From NCBI GenBank assembly GCA_030390025.1, contig CM059433.1:26662001-26726000 (forward strand): a stretch of 64,000 bases of DNA, written 5' to 3'. Positions within the stretch are counted from its first letter, which is position 1. Every line of letters starts with the position of its first letter. Under the pieces are notes generated by a model. That model saw nothing but the letters and a program-made list of their open reading frames with translations, was not told the DNA's origin and searched no databases. Both the position numbers and the translations under genes were made by a program. Positions 23,178 through 35,285 of the stretch are shown here, one piece after another. Origin of the DNA: Squalus acanthias. Its lineage: Eukaryota.

Positions 23178-24310
23178 GACCTAGATATTCGAGAGCACTG
23201 GAAACCTGCCGGTGGCACTGCGGACCGCAGTTAACGGCCGCCGAAATTTATAGCGCTGGCAACACCAGTATATTGCTGCTGCTTGCTAATTAACATTAGC
23301 GCAGCGCTAAACTCACCGTGCAAGGCCGATTTGCAGGCGCTTCTGCACCAAAAAAAATGGTAAAAGTGCTTCAGCACTAACACAAATGGCTCAACAAGCC
23401 AGGGAAGGGGCACCCAGGGTCTTGCACGCAGCACTCCAGCTTTGTGCAGGTCCTTTACCCACAGGGGCCAGGAGGCCCTCCAGAAAGAAGGATGTGGGAC
23501 CAGATCACTGAGGCTGTCACTGCCAGCAGTGTCGCCCACAACCTGGCTCCAGTGCCCAAAGAAGCTTCATGACCTAAGACCAGTGGTCAAGGTCAGTGAA
23601 TGCTTCCTCAAGGGCTGTCTGGATTCAAACCTTCCTTCTGGTTATTCCTCTTCTGCTTATTCCTCTTCTGCGTCCTCCTCTTCTGCATCTTCCTCTTCTC
23701 TCTGCGAGCGGATGCTGGAAATCTGAAATACAAGTAGAAAATGCTAAAAATACTCAGCAGGTCAGGCAGCATCCCAACCTGAGACATGAACTCTGTTTCT
23801 CTCTCCACAGATGCTGCCTGACCTGCTGAGTATTTCCAGCATTTTCTGTCTTCTCAGAGGCCTTCCTTTACAAACCGAAGCCTTGCAAGCATCCAGCAGT
23901 ACTCCCTGAACACTTTAAAAACTTTCAACATCTATTGCACCAAGCCACTAATTCAATAAAATATTTAAAAATCCAGTTCAAAAGCTTAAATGCAAACTTA
24001 CCTGAAAGATGTGTGTGTCCCTTTAAGAAGCACTGACAACGTTTCTGTAGGTCTGCTGCACGCTCACTTTTCAGAGCGAACTAAACTCAGCGTAAAGGTC
24101 CAAGTTCACAGAGCGTGAAATCAAGTTGGCGTCGTCACGCTCTCCCATTTTGCATGTCCAGGGCTAGCGCTGCTACCGGCAGCGCTATGGCACTCACCAA
24201 AATGGCGCCTGCTGAGTCCCGCACCAGAGGCAGACGTTAGAGCGGCAGACGCCATTTTTTTCAGGATTCCGGCACTAATGGGTGGTGGTAGGTAGCCCAA
24301 TTTCTTGGCC
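23178..24310. mobile_element. Non-autonomous Harbinger deletion derivative
   Basis: Ends GACCTAGATATTC / AATTTCTTGGCC, flanked by TGT/TAT. Degenerate Myb exon 1 at about 23385-23592 (QCPKKLHDLRPVVK|gtcagt). AGCGCT subterminal motifs. Confidence 0.75.
23708..23850. repeat. Short inverted pair of Penelope-type tails (hairpin)
   Basis: 23737-23774 is a near reverse complement of 23810-23847. Same tail sequence as 5749-5825. Confidence 0.75.
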
Positions 24311-24334
24311 TATAACTTTATCTGTTCGCTGACC
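24133..24334 (+). repeat. 202-bp direct repeat, copy 1 (copy 2 at 32522-32723)
   Basis: Colinear and equal in length with scattered substitutions. Spans the Harbinger-derivative right end plus 24 bp of flanking sequence. Confidence 0.9.
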
Positions 24335-24803
24335 TTTTTTAAAAATTAGTTCCTGGGATGTGGGCATCACTGGCAAGGCCAGCATTTATTGCCCATCCCT
24401 AATTGCCCTTGAGGAGGGGGTGGTGAGCCGCCATCTTGAACCGCTGCAGTCGGCATGGTGAAGGTACTCCCATAGTGCTGTTAGGGAGGGAGTTCCAAGA
24501 TTTTGACCAAGCGATGATGAAGGAACGGCAATATATTTCCAAGTCAGGATGGTGTGTGACTTGGAGGGGAACTTGGAGGTGGTGGTGTTTCCATGTGCCT
24601 GCTGCCCTTGTCCTTCTAGGTGGTAGAGGTCGCGGGTTTGGGAGGTGCTGCTGAAGAAGCCTTGGCGAGTAGCTGCAGTGCATCTTGTAGATGGTACACA
24701 CTGCAGCCACGGTGCACCAATGGTGGAGGGAGTGAATGTTTAAGTTGGTGGATGGGGTGCCAATCAAGTGGGCTGCTTTGTCCTGGATGGTGTCGAGCTT
24801 CTT
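24335..24803 (-). mobile_element. Family-B LINE (CR1/Jockey-group) 3' segment
   Basis: ...IHSLHHWCTVAAVCTIYKMH...KSWNSLP. Tail GGGCAATAAATGCTGGCCTTGCCAG..GCCCACATCCC plus an A-rich end. Confidence 0.88.
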
Positions 24804-25417
24804 TGACTTTAGGGGAATGGTAGCATAGTGGTTAAGTTACTGGACTAGTAATCCAGAGGCCTGGACTAATTAAACCGGAGACGTGAGTTTAAATCCCACC
24901 ATGGCAGCTGTGGAATTTAAATTCAGTTAATTAAATAAATCTGGAATAAAAAGCTAGTATCAGTAATGGTGACCAAGAAGCTACCGGATTGTCGTAAAAA
25001 CCCATCTGGTTCACTAATGTCCTTTAGGGAAGGAAATCTGCTGTACTTACCTGGTCTGGCCTATATGTGACTCCAGACCCACATCAATGTGATTGACTCT
25101 TAACTGCCCTCTGAAATAGCCTAGCAAGCCACTCAGTTATAACAAACCGCAACAAGAAACAATAATAAGAATACAACCGGATGGACCACCCAGCATCGAC
25201 CTCGGCACCAGCTTCAGACACGGCAAAGGCACACCCAGGCCAGTCGACCCTGCAAAGTCCTCCTCACCAACATCTGGGGACATGTGCCAAAATTGGGAGA
25301 GCTGTCCCACAGACCAGTCAAGCAACAGCGTGACATAGTCATACTCACAGAATCATACCTTTCAGCCAATATCCCAGACTTCTCCATCGCCATCCCTGGG
25401 TGTCCTGTCCCACCGGC

Positions 25418-27945
25418 CGAACATACAAATTGGGAGCAGGAGTAGGCCACTCGGCCCTTCGAGCCTGCTCCGCCATTCAATAAGATCATGGCTGATCGGA
25501 TTACTCCACATTCCCGCCTACCCCCGATAACTTTTCACCCCCTTGCTTACCAAGAATCTATCTACCTCTGCCTTAAAAATATTCAAAGACTCTGCTTCCA
25601 CCGCTCTCTGAGGAAGAGAGTTCCAAAGACTCACGACCCTCTGTGAGAAAAAATTTCTCATCTCTGTCTTAAATGGGCGACCCCTTATTTTTAAACAGTG
25701 ACCCCTAGTTCTAGATTCTCCCACAAGAGGAAACATCCTCTCCACATCTACCCTGTCCAGACCCCTCAGGATCTTATATGTTTCAATCAAGTCACCTCTT
25801 ACTCTTCTAAACTCCAGCGGATACAAGCCTAGCCTGTCCAACCTTTCCTCATAAGACAACCCGCCCATTCCAGGTATTAGTCTAGTAATCCTTCTCTGAA
25901 CTGCTTCCAACGCATTTACATCCTTCCTTAAATAAGGAGACCAATACTGTACACAGTACTCCAGATGTGGTCTCACCAATGCCCTGTATAATTGAAGCAT
26001 AATCTCCCTACTTTTGTATTCAATTCCCCTCGCAATAAACGATAACATTCTGTTAGCTTTCCTAATTACTTGCTGTACCTGCATACTAACCTTTTGTGAT
26101 TCATGCACTAGGACACCCAGATCCCTCTGCATCTCAGAGCTCTGCAATCTCTCACCATTTAGATAATATGCTTCTTTTTTATTCTTCCTGCCAAAATGGA
26201 CAACTTCACATTTTCCCACATTATACTCCATTTGCCAGATCTTTGCCCACTCACTTAACTTATCTATATCCCTTTGTAGCCTCCTTATGTCCTCTTCACA
26301 ATTTACTTTCCTACCTATCTTTGTGTCATCAGCAAATTTAGCAACCATACCTTCGGTCCCTTCATCCAAGTCATTTATATAAATTGTAAAAAGTTGAGGT
26401 TCCAGCACTGATCGCTGTGGCACACCACTTGTTACATCTTGCCAATCAGAAAATGACCCATTTATGCCTACTCTGTTTCCTATTAGCTAGTTAATCTTCT
26501 ATCCATGCCAATATGTTACCCCCTACATCATGAGCTTTTATTTTCCGCAATAACCTTTGATGTGGCACCTTATCAAATGCCTTCTGGAAATCTAAGTACA
26601 GTACATCCACCAGTTCCCCTTTATCCACAGCACATGTTACTTCCTCAAAGAACTCCAATAAATTGGTTAAACATGATTTCCCTTGCACAAAACCATGTTG
26701 ACTCTGCCTGATTACTTTGAACTTTTCTAAATGCCCTGCTATAACGTCTTTAATAATAGCTTCTAACATCTTCCCTTTGACAGATGTTAAGCTAACTGGC
26801 CTGTTGTTTCCTGCTTTCTGTCTCCCCCCTTTTTGAATAAAGGAGTTACATTCGCTATTTTCCAATCTAATGGAACCTTCCCCGAATCTAGGGAATTTTG
26901 GAAAATTAAAACCAACACATCAACTATCTCACTAGCCACTTCTTTTAAGACCCTAGGATGAAGTCCATCAGGACCTGGGAACTTGTCAGCCCGCAGCTCC
27001 AACAATTTGCTCAGTACCACTTCCCTGGTGATTATAATTTTCTTGAGTTCCTCCCTCCCTTCCATTTCCTGATTTACAGCTATTTCTGGGATGTTACTTG
27101 TATCCTCTATAGTGAAGACCGATGCAAAATACCTGTTCAATTCAACTGCCATCTCCTTATTTTCCATTATTAATTCCCCAGACTCACTTTTTATAGGACC
27201 AACGCTCACTTTGTTAACTCTTTTCTTTTTTAAATATCTATAGAAACTCTTACTATCTGTTTTTGTATTTCTAGCTAGCTTTCTCTCATACTCTAATTTT
27301 TCTCTCCTTATTAATCTTTTAGTCATTCTTTGCTGTTTTTTATATTCTGTCCAATCTTCTGGCCTGCCACCCATCTTTGCGCAATTATATGCTTTTTCTT
27401 TAAGTTTAATACTATCTTTAACTTTTTTAGTTAACCACGGATGGTGGGTCCTCCCCTTGGAATTTTTCTTTCTTGTTGGAATGTATATATTCTGTGTATT
27501 TTGAAATATCCCCTTAAATGTCTGCCACTGCAACTCTATTGACCTATCCCTTAACCTAATTTGCCAGTTCACTTTAGCTAGCTCTGCTTTCATGCACTCA
27601 TAATTGCCCTTATTTAAGTTTAAAATACTAGTCTTGGACCCGCTCTTCTCTCCCTCAAACTGAATGTAAAATTCAATCATATGATGATCACTGCTACCTA
27701 GGGGCGCCTTCACTATGAGGTCATTAATTAATCCTATCTCGTTGCACAATACCAGGTCTAGTATAGCCTGCTCTCTGGTTGGCTCCAGAACGTGCTGTTG
27801 TAAGAAACTATCCCGAAAACATTCCATGAACTCCTCATCTATGCTACCTTTGCCCATCTGATTTGTCTAGTCTATATGCAAATTAAAATCCCCCATGATT
27901 ATTGCCGTACCCTTCTGACAAGCTCCCATTATTTCTTCCTTTATA
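25418..27945 (-). mobile_element. CR1 LINE, 5'-truncated, well-preserved ORF2 with frameshifts
   Basis: ORFs 26787..27857, 26491..26865 and 25518..26423 with QHGF, LDFQKAFDKVPH and KFADDTK. Confidence 0.95.
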
Positions 27946-30019
27946 CACCAGGGGTGGCGGCACAGTGGTATACAGTCTGGAAGGAGTGGTGCTGGGAGTC
28001 CTCAACATTGACTCCGGACCCCATCAAGTCGCAGGACATCAAGTCAAACATGAGCAAAGAAACCTCCTGCTGATTACCACCTACAGCCCTCCCTCAGCCG
28101 ATGAATCAGTACTCCTCAATGTTGAACACCACTTGGAAGAAGCACTGAGAGTAGCAAGGGCACAGAATATACTCTGGCTGGGGGACTTTAATGTCCATCA
28201 CCAAGAGTGGCTCGGTAGCACCACTACTGACCGAGCTGACTGAGTCCTGAAGGACATAGATGCCAGACTGGGCCTGCGACAGGTGGTGAGAGAGCCAACA
28301 TGAGGGAAAACCTTTATTGACCTGGTCCTCGCCAATCTACCTGTCGCAGATGCATCTGTCCATGACAGTACTGGTAGCAGTGACCACTGCACAGTCCTTG
28401 TGGAGATGAAGTCCCATCTTCACACTGAGGGCACCCTCCATCGTGATGTGTGGCACTGCCACCGTGCTAAATGGGATAGATTCAGAATAGATCTAGCAGC
28501 TCAAAACTGGGCATCCATGAGGCGCTGTGGGCCATCAGCAGCAGAATTTTATTCCACCACAATCTGTAACCTCATGGCCTGGCATATCTTTTACTCTACC
28601 ATTACCACCAAGCCAGAGGACCAACCCTGGTTCAATGAGGAGTATAGAAAAGCATGCCAGGAGCAGCACCAAGCGTACCTAAAAATGAGGTGCCAACCTG
28701 GGGAAGCTGCAACACAGGACTACATGCATGCTAAACAACGGAAGCAGCATGCTATTGACAGAGCTAAGCGATCCCACAACCAACAGATCAGATCAAAGCT
28801 CTGCAGTCCTGCCACATCCAGTCGTGAATGGTGGTGGGCAATTAACCAATTAACAGGAGGAGGCTCCATGAATATCCCCATCCTCAATGATGGCGGAGCC
28901 CAGCACACGAGTGCAAAAGACAAGGCTGAAGTGTTTGCAACCATCTTCAGCCAGAAGTGCCGAGTGGATGATCCATATCCGCCTCCTCCTGAGGTCCCCA
29001 CCATCACAGAAGCCAGTCTTCAGCCAATTCGATTCACTCCACGTGATATCAAGAAGCGGCTGAGCGCACTGGATACAGCAAAGGCTATGGGCCCCGACAA
29101 TATCCCGGCTATTGTGCTGAAGGCTTGTGCTCCAGAATTAGCTGCACCTCTAGCCAAACTGTTCCAGTACAGCTACAACACTGGCATCTATCCGACAATG
29201 TAGAAGACACAAAAAGCATACCAAAAATGGTGGGGAGCTAAGGGTCTAATGAGCATGAAGAACCTAACGTAGTAGAGAAAAAGTACTAGAGAAACTAATG
29301 GGACTAAAAGCCGGCAAATCCCGTGGACCTGACGGCCTACATCCTAGGGTTCTAAAAGAGGTGACTGAAGAGATAGTGGATGCATTGGTTTTGATCTTCC
29401 AAAATTTCCTAGATTCTGGAGAGGTCCCAGTGGATTGAAAAGTCTCAAATGTAACATCGCTATTCAAGAAAGGAGGGAAGAGAAACACAGGGAACTACAG
29501 GCCAGTTAGCTTGACATCTGTCATTGGGGAAAATGCTGGAATCCATTGTTAAGGAAGTGGTATCAAGTCACTTAGAAAATCATAACATGATTAGGCAGAG
29601 TCAACATGGTTTTATGAAAGGGAAATCATGTTTGACAAATTTATTAGAGTTTTTCGAGGATGTAACTAGCAGGATAGATAAAGGGGAACCAGTGGATGTA
29701 GTATATTTGGATTTCCAAAAGGCATTCGATAAGGTGCCACATAAAAGATTATTACACAAGATTATGGCTCATGGGGTTGGGGGTAATATAGTAGCATGGA
29801 TAGAGGATTGGTTAACGGACAGAAAACAGAGAGCAGGGATAAATGATCTTTTTCAGATTGGCGGGCTTTAACTAGTGGGGTGCCGCAAGGATCAGTGTTG
29901 GGGCCTCAGCTATTTACAATCTATATTACTGACCTAGATGAAGGGACCGTGTGTAATGTATTCAAGTTTGCTGATGATACAAAGCTAGGTCGGAAAGTAA
30001 GCTGTGAGGAGAACACAAA

Positions 30020-30818
30020 GGGGGCGATTTTGCCAATGGGGGCGCGTTGGAGGCGGACTGCTGCTTGTCAGGTTTTAGTCCCGCCTCCATCGACGTCCGG
30101 CCAACCCATGCTATTTTCCCTTGATTGACCTTGTTAAGCCCGCCCAGCGGGCTTAGCAGGCCAATTAAGGGGAAGCCAGTTACAGAGAACATCAGATGAA
30201 TTGTCATCGTTTGACAGCTCTGTGAAGCTGTCAAACACTGACATTCTCTGTAGTTTGATGAGTTCTTGTATTCAAGACTCATTAAACCTCTTTTGTGAGC
30301 AGAAATTAGATGGCTGTTGCATCGCAGAATGCAGCAGCCATCTGTCATCTCTGCCGGTTAGATGCGAGTCTCTCAGGATCCCCAACGTTTGAAGCCTGTA
30401 GGAAGAAACAAAGGTAAGTAAACATTTTCTATCACTTTCCACTCACCTCACATACTCACCTCTCCACACTTGCACCCATCACTTACCTTTACAGCGCACT
30501 TTTGCACCTCTCTGACCCCCCCGCAGACCCACTGCTCGCCTTGGTGACCCTGGCGGGGTTTCCCGATGTCGGGAAGCCCACGCCTCAGCTGGAAAAATGG
30601 GGATAATCCTCTTAACTGCCTGTTAGCTACCTCTTAACAGGCAGTTAAGTGGCTGTAATCCCCTTCCTGCCTTCAGGAGAAGGGACCCGGCGCGGGTCGG
30701 CTACCCGCCTCCCGGGAAGTTGGCACGGAGGTGGGTTGGGGGCGGGACGGGTACCCGCCCCCAGATTCTGCCATTTTCCCGGCAGTCACGCCTCCCCAGG
30801 GTTGGCAAGATCGCGCCC
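30020..30818. mobile_element. Harbinger-type MITE 1
   Basis: Ends GGGGGCGATTTTGCCAA / TTGGCAAGATCGCGCCC. AAA on both sides. Confidence 0.85.
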
Positions 30819-30821
30819 AAA

Positions 30822-31532
30822 GGGCTGGATTTTGATATTGGGGCGGGTTGGGGTCGTGGTATCCGCTTTTTGTGTTATCTACCCGACTGCAATTGGATGT
30901 GGGAGATTGATGCAATTTTCACCTAATTGGGCAATTGAGTTCCAGCATGTGGGAACCTATGACCCAATTAGTGTTTTCAGTTTGACGCCTCTGACGATGT
31001 CATCATTGTTGCTGCATTGAAGGTCTTCAGAGACTGCCTGGCCTTTGCTATGAGAGGACCTAGATGCAAAGGTCTGAGAGAGAGAGAGAGAGAGAGAGAG
31101 ACGAGCGAGAGTGAGAGCGAGAAAGAGAGCGAGAGAGAGAGAGAGAGAATTTTTTTTTCCACCACCACTCCCAGATGCCTGCCAGCCACTCACTCATAGT
31201 CAGCCCAGCCACCGATAGTCAACTATCCAAATGTGCTCCCGCCAGGTTTCACAATCGTGGTTCAGAACAGGCGTGCTTCACGTAGAACAAGGGTTAAAAT
31301 CACAAAGGCCTTTCAAAATGACATTATAGAGCCAATTTAGTGCTTGTTAAGGGCCTTAACAGCCTATCCGCCTCTTAAAGGCAGGACGGAGTCGGGACCA
31401 GCAGACACGATTTAATGAAAATTGCGTGGAGGCGGGATGGAGGCGGACTTGTGCCCTGCCCGCCAGTTTTCGCAATTTTAACCCCCCACACGCCTCCAAA
31501 CCCGCCTCCACGGGTCAATGAAAATCCAGCCC
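30822..31532. mobile_element. Harbinger-type MITE 2 (copy a)
   Basis: Perfect 12-bp TIR GGGCTGGATTTT. AAA TSD. Internal (GA)n at about 31075-31148. Confidence 0.9.
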
Positions 31533-33576
31533 AAAGAGTCTGCAAAGGGATATAGATAGACTAAGTGAGTGGGCAGTAAAGTGGCAGATGGAGTATAATG
31601 TAGGGAAATGTGAGGTTATTCACTTTGGTAGGAAGAATAGAAAAACAGAATATTTTTTAAATGGTGAGAAACTTTCAAATGTTGATGTTCAGAGAGATTT
31701 GGGTGTCCTTGTGCAAGAAACACAGAAAGCTAGCATGCAGGTACAGCAAGCAATAAGGAAGGCAAATGACATGTTGGCCTTTATTACAAGGGGGTTGAAG
31801 TATAAGAGTATTGAAGTCTTGCTACAATTGTACAGGGCCTTGGTGAGACCACACCTGGAGTACTGTGCACAGTTTTGGTCTCCTTATCTAAGGAAGGATA
31901 TACTTGCCTTGGAGACGGTGCAACGAAGGTTCACTAGATTGATTCCTGGGATGAGAGGGCTGTCCTATGATGAGAGATTGTGTGGAATGGGCCTATACTC
32001 TCTGGAGTTTAGAAGAATGAGAGGTGATCTCATTGAAACGTACAAGATCCTGAAGGGGATTGACAGGGTAGATGCTGAGAGGTTGTTTCCCCTGGCTGGA
32101 GTGTCTAGAACTAGGGGGCATAGTCTCAGGATAAGGGGTAGGCCATTTAAGACTGCGATGAGGAGGAATTTCTTCACTCAGAGGGTTGTGAATCTTTGAA
32201 ATTCTCTGCCCCAAAGGGCTGTGAATGCTGAGTCTTTGAGTATATTCAAGGCTGAGATAGATAGATTTTTGGACTCTAGGGGAATCAAGGGATATGGAGA
32301 TCGGGCGGGAAAGTGGAGTTGAGGTCGATGATCAGCCATGATCTTATTGAATGGCGGAGCAGGCTTGAGGGGCCGTATGGCCTACTCCTGCTCTTACTTC
32401 TTATGTTCTTATGAAAAACTGCCTAGATATGTTCTGTTCACAAAAAACAGGACAAATCCAATCCGGCCAATTACCGCCCCATCAGTCTACTCTGAATCAC
32501 TAATGGATGCACACCGACTGACGTCATGCTCTCTCGTTTTGCATGTCCAGGGCTAGCGTTGCTATCGGCAGCAATATGGCCTCAACAAAATGGTGCCCGC
32601 CGAGTCCCGCGCCAGAGGCGGGCATTAGAGTGGCAGCCGCCATTTTTTTTCAGGACTCCAGCACTAACGGGTGGCGGTAAGTAGCCCAATTTCTGGGCCT
32701 ATAACTTTACCTGTTCGTTGACCGTTTATGTTACTCTTATTCAATTCCTTGCCCTGACCTTTACTCTCATCTCCTAATTAGTTTATCATTGGTCTACTGG
32801 CTATCTGGTAGTTAATTCTACCAGATCCCTCCCCCTGCCTTGTTAGTTTAAAGTATTAGCTGCAGCCCTATTTATTTTCAATTGCATCAAATTAGTCACA
32901 TTTACTGGACATGGGTACCCACTACTTTTCAACATACTATCGATGGTAGGATATGGAACCAATCTCTGCCAGGAGTTATATTGCTGATAGTATCAGTCTT
33001 AGCACAGGAGGGCGAACAGAATACAACAAAAGAAAGCACATGCTATGTTTTGGATTTTTTAACTCAGATATTTTCCTGATGCTCAGCACCAAAGACCACT
33101 TCTGAATGTGAATCATTGCTTCCTACAAACCAGATTATACCTTTATATGCCCAGTAGCTATTGACGTACAAAGCCCTGGAATTAAACCCTTGTCACTGCA
33201 TTTAGTTTACTAAATTTGTCATGAGCCCTGTCACGATCTTCTAAACTTCACAAACCAGTTGAATAAACACAGACCATGGCTTAGATTCCAAACTATGGAA
33301 CAATCCAAAAAATACAGATACGCTGTAGAAAAGGGAATATCCTATTTGCACTATGTTTATAGAACTTTTATTCACGCTTCCTCCTTCGGTACAAAATAAC
33401 AAAACACTTCACTAACTCCACTGCCACTAAACCTGGCTCTGCATCCATAATATAAACGGCGTGTTTTGTATTATCCATGGCGTTAACAGCCCCTATCTCG
33501 GTAGCTTCAGAAGTACTGGTCAACTAGGAGCACACTCTTTGGAATATGCCCAGTATCTGTTGATGTCCAAAGCCCC

Positions 33577-33731
33577 GGATAGATCTTTGGACTCTAGGGG
33601 AATCAAGGGATATGGAGATCGGGCGGGAAAGTGGAGTTGAGGTCGAAGATCAGCCATGATCTTATTGAATGACGCAGCAGGCTCCAGGGGCTGTATTGTC
33701 TACTCCTGCTCCTAATTCTTATGTTCTTATG
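33577..33731 (+). mobile_element. Short CR1 3' tail
   Basis: Closely similar to 32257-32413 and ends TTCTTATGTTCTTATG. Confidence 0.85.
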
Positions 33732-33869
33732 TCTCTGGTGCCCTTTGAAATTTGACCAGGAGGGAATTAAATCAAACATGTAACTTAATAAAATCAATTA
33801 AAGCTGTCGAAAAAGCTGCAGAGACAAAGATGGTACCTGCAGCCTCCATCTGATAGGTGTTAGAGACAT

Positions 33870-34402
33870 TTGTCACCAAGTCGCAAATTCATTCTGGGCA
33901 CCACACTTTACGAAGGATGTCAAGGCCTTGGATAAGGTGTAGAGGAGATTTACTAGAATACCAAGGATGAGGGACTTCAGTTATGTGGAGATATTAGAGA
34001 AGCTGGTATTGCTCTCCTTAGAGCAGAAAAAAGTTAAGGGGAAATTTAATAGAGGTGTTCAAAATTTTGAAGGGTTTTGATAGAGTCAATAAGGAGAAAC
34101 TGTTTCTGCTGGTGGGAGGGTCGGTAACCAGAGGACACAGATTTAAGATAATTGGCAAAAGGACCAGAGGGGAGTTGAGGATAAAGTTTTTACTCAGTGA
34201 GTTGTTATGATCTCAAAAGCACTGGAAGCAGATTCATCAGCAAATTTCAAAAGGGAATTGGATAAATACTTAAGGAGAAATTTGCAGGGATATGGGGAAA
34301 GAGCAAGGGAGTGGTGCTAATGGGCAAGCTCTTTCAAAGAGCCGACACAGGCAAGATGGGCTGAAAGGCCCCCTTCTGTGCTTTATGCTTCTATGATTCT
34401 AG
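33870..34402 (+). mobile_element. Decayed CR1 3' fragment
   Basis: Degenerate QFWAPH.RKDV.AL...RRFTR...TRGHRFK sequence and CTATGATTCTA tail. Confidence 0.82.
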
Positions 34403-34869
34403 TTCCTTTTTCAAAGGATTAATCCACTGTATTGCTTGAAGAGTCAGTTCCACATGGACACAATGTGGGAAAGAATTATTTTCCTTGCCACTCTCACTTG
34501 TTAATTTTGTCCTCTCATTCTATGCTCACAGTCCAAGTTAAATAGCATACTGAAATTTACACTACTTTTGCCTCTCATCATTTTAAAAATGAGGATCATG
34601 CCCCTTTAATATTCTGTTCCCCAATGAAAATTAATTATTTTCATACATAGAAGCCCAGAATCATCCTTGTTGCGTTTCTTTGAAACTCAGCTAATCCATC
34701 AATGTCCTTTTCTAGGCAAGATGCCCAAAATTGCACCTATTTTGATGATCTGTATAAGATTTGAATAACTTGTTTGTCTGGTTATCAAATGTCCTTGAGG
34801 TATATTCAAGTACATGAATACCATGTTGATAACAGCTTTACATTGACTCACAACCTTCAATATCTTGTC

Positions 34870-35285
34870 AGTTTGACTCATATGGTAGCACGCTGATCTC
34901 TGAATCAAAATACTGTGGGTTTAAGCGCCATTCCAGGACTTCAGCACAAACATAATCTGGACTGAGACTCGAGTGTACTGTTGAGGGAATGCTGCATTGT
35001 TGGATGAAAAATTAAACTGAGCTATTGTCGGCCTGTTCAAGTGGAGGTTAAGGTCCCTTGTCATTATTTGAAGGAGGGCGTTTACCTAGTGTCCTGGCCA
35101 ACATTCCTCCCTCAGCTGTAAACAAGCTAATTGGTCATTCAAGTCCCTGATATTTCTGGGATCTTGCTGTGTGCAAAATAGCTACCATGTTTGCCTACAT
35201 AACAACAAAACAGTGCAATTCATTATATGTGAAGTGCTTTGACAGATTTCTGAGAGAGGTGAAATAGTGTTATGTAAATATGTCT
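34870..35285 (+). mobile_element. Decayed tRNA-derived Deu-domain SINE
   Basis: Homologous to 38983-39417 (GTGTCCTGGCCAA core, GGGATCTTGCTGTG, ...TATGTAAAT tail). Confidence 0.7.

Larger units (their letters stand above)
29201..32413 (+). mobile_element. CR1 LINE 3' half, interrupted by tandem MITEs at 30020-31532
   Basis: ORFs 29524..29871, 29880.. and 31588..32199. TTATGTTC tail at about 32400-32413. Confidence 0.93.
24811..32498 (+). mobile_element. Family-B LINE 5' segment with tRNA-like head; pieces 24811-25417, 27946-29200, 32413-32498
   Basis: A box TAGCATAGTGG (24821-24831) and B-box-like GAGTTTAAATCCC (24885-24897). APE motifs KVLLTNIWG, DIVILTES, RGGGTVVY, LGDFNVHH, SDH. Then KAMGPDNIP and KKQDKSNPANYRPISLL. 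Confidence 0.85.

Noticed and set aside
24811..24900. Genuine tRNA gene
   Set aside because: A/B-like boxes are present but the spacing is expanded, no cloverleaf is evident, and it continues into retroelement sequence.
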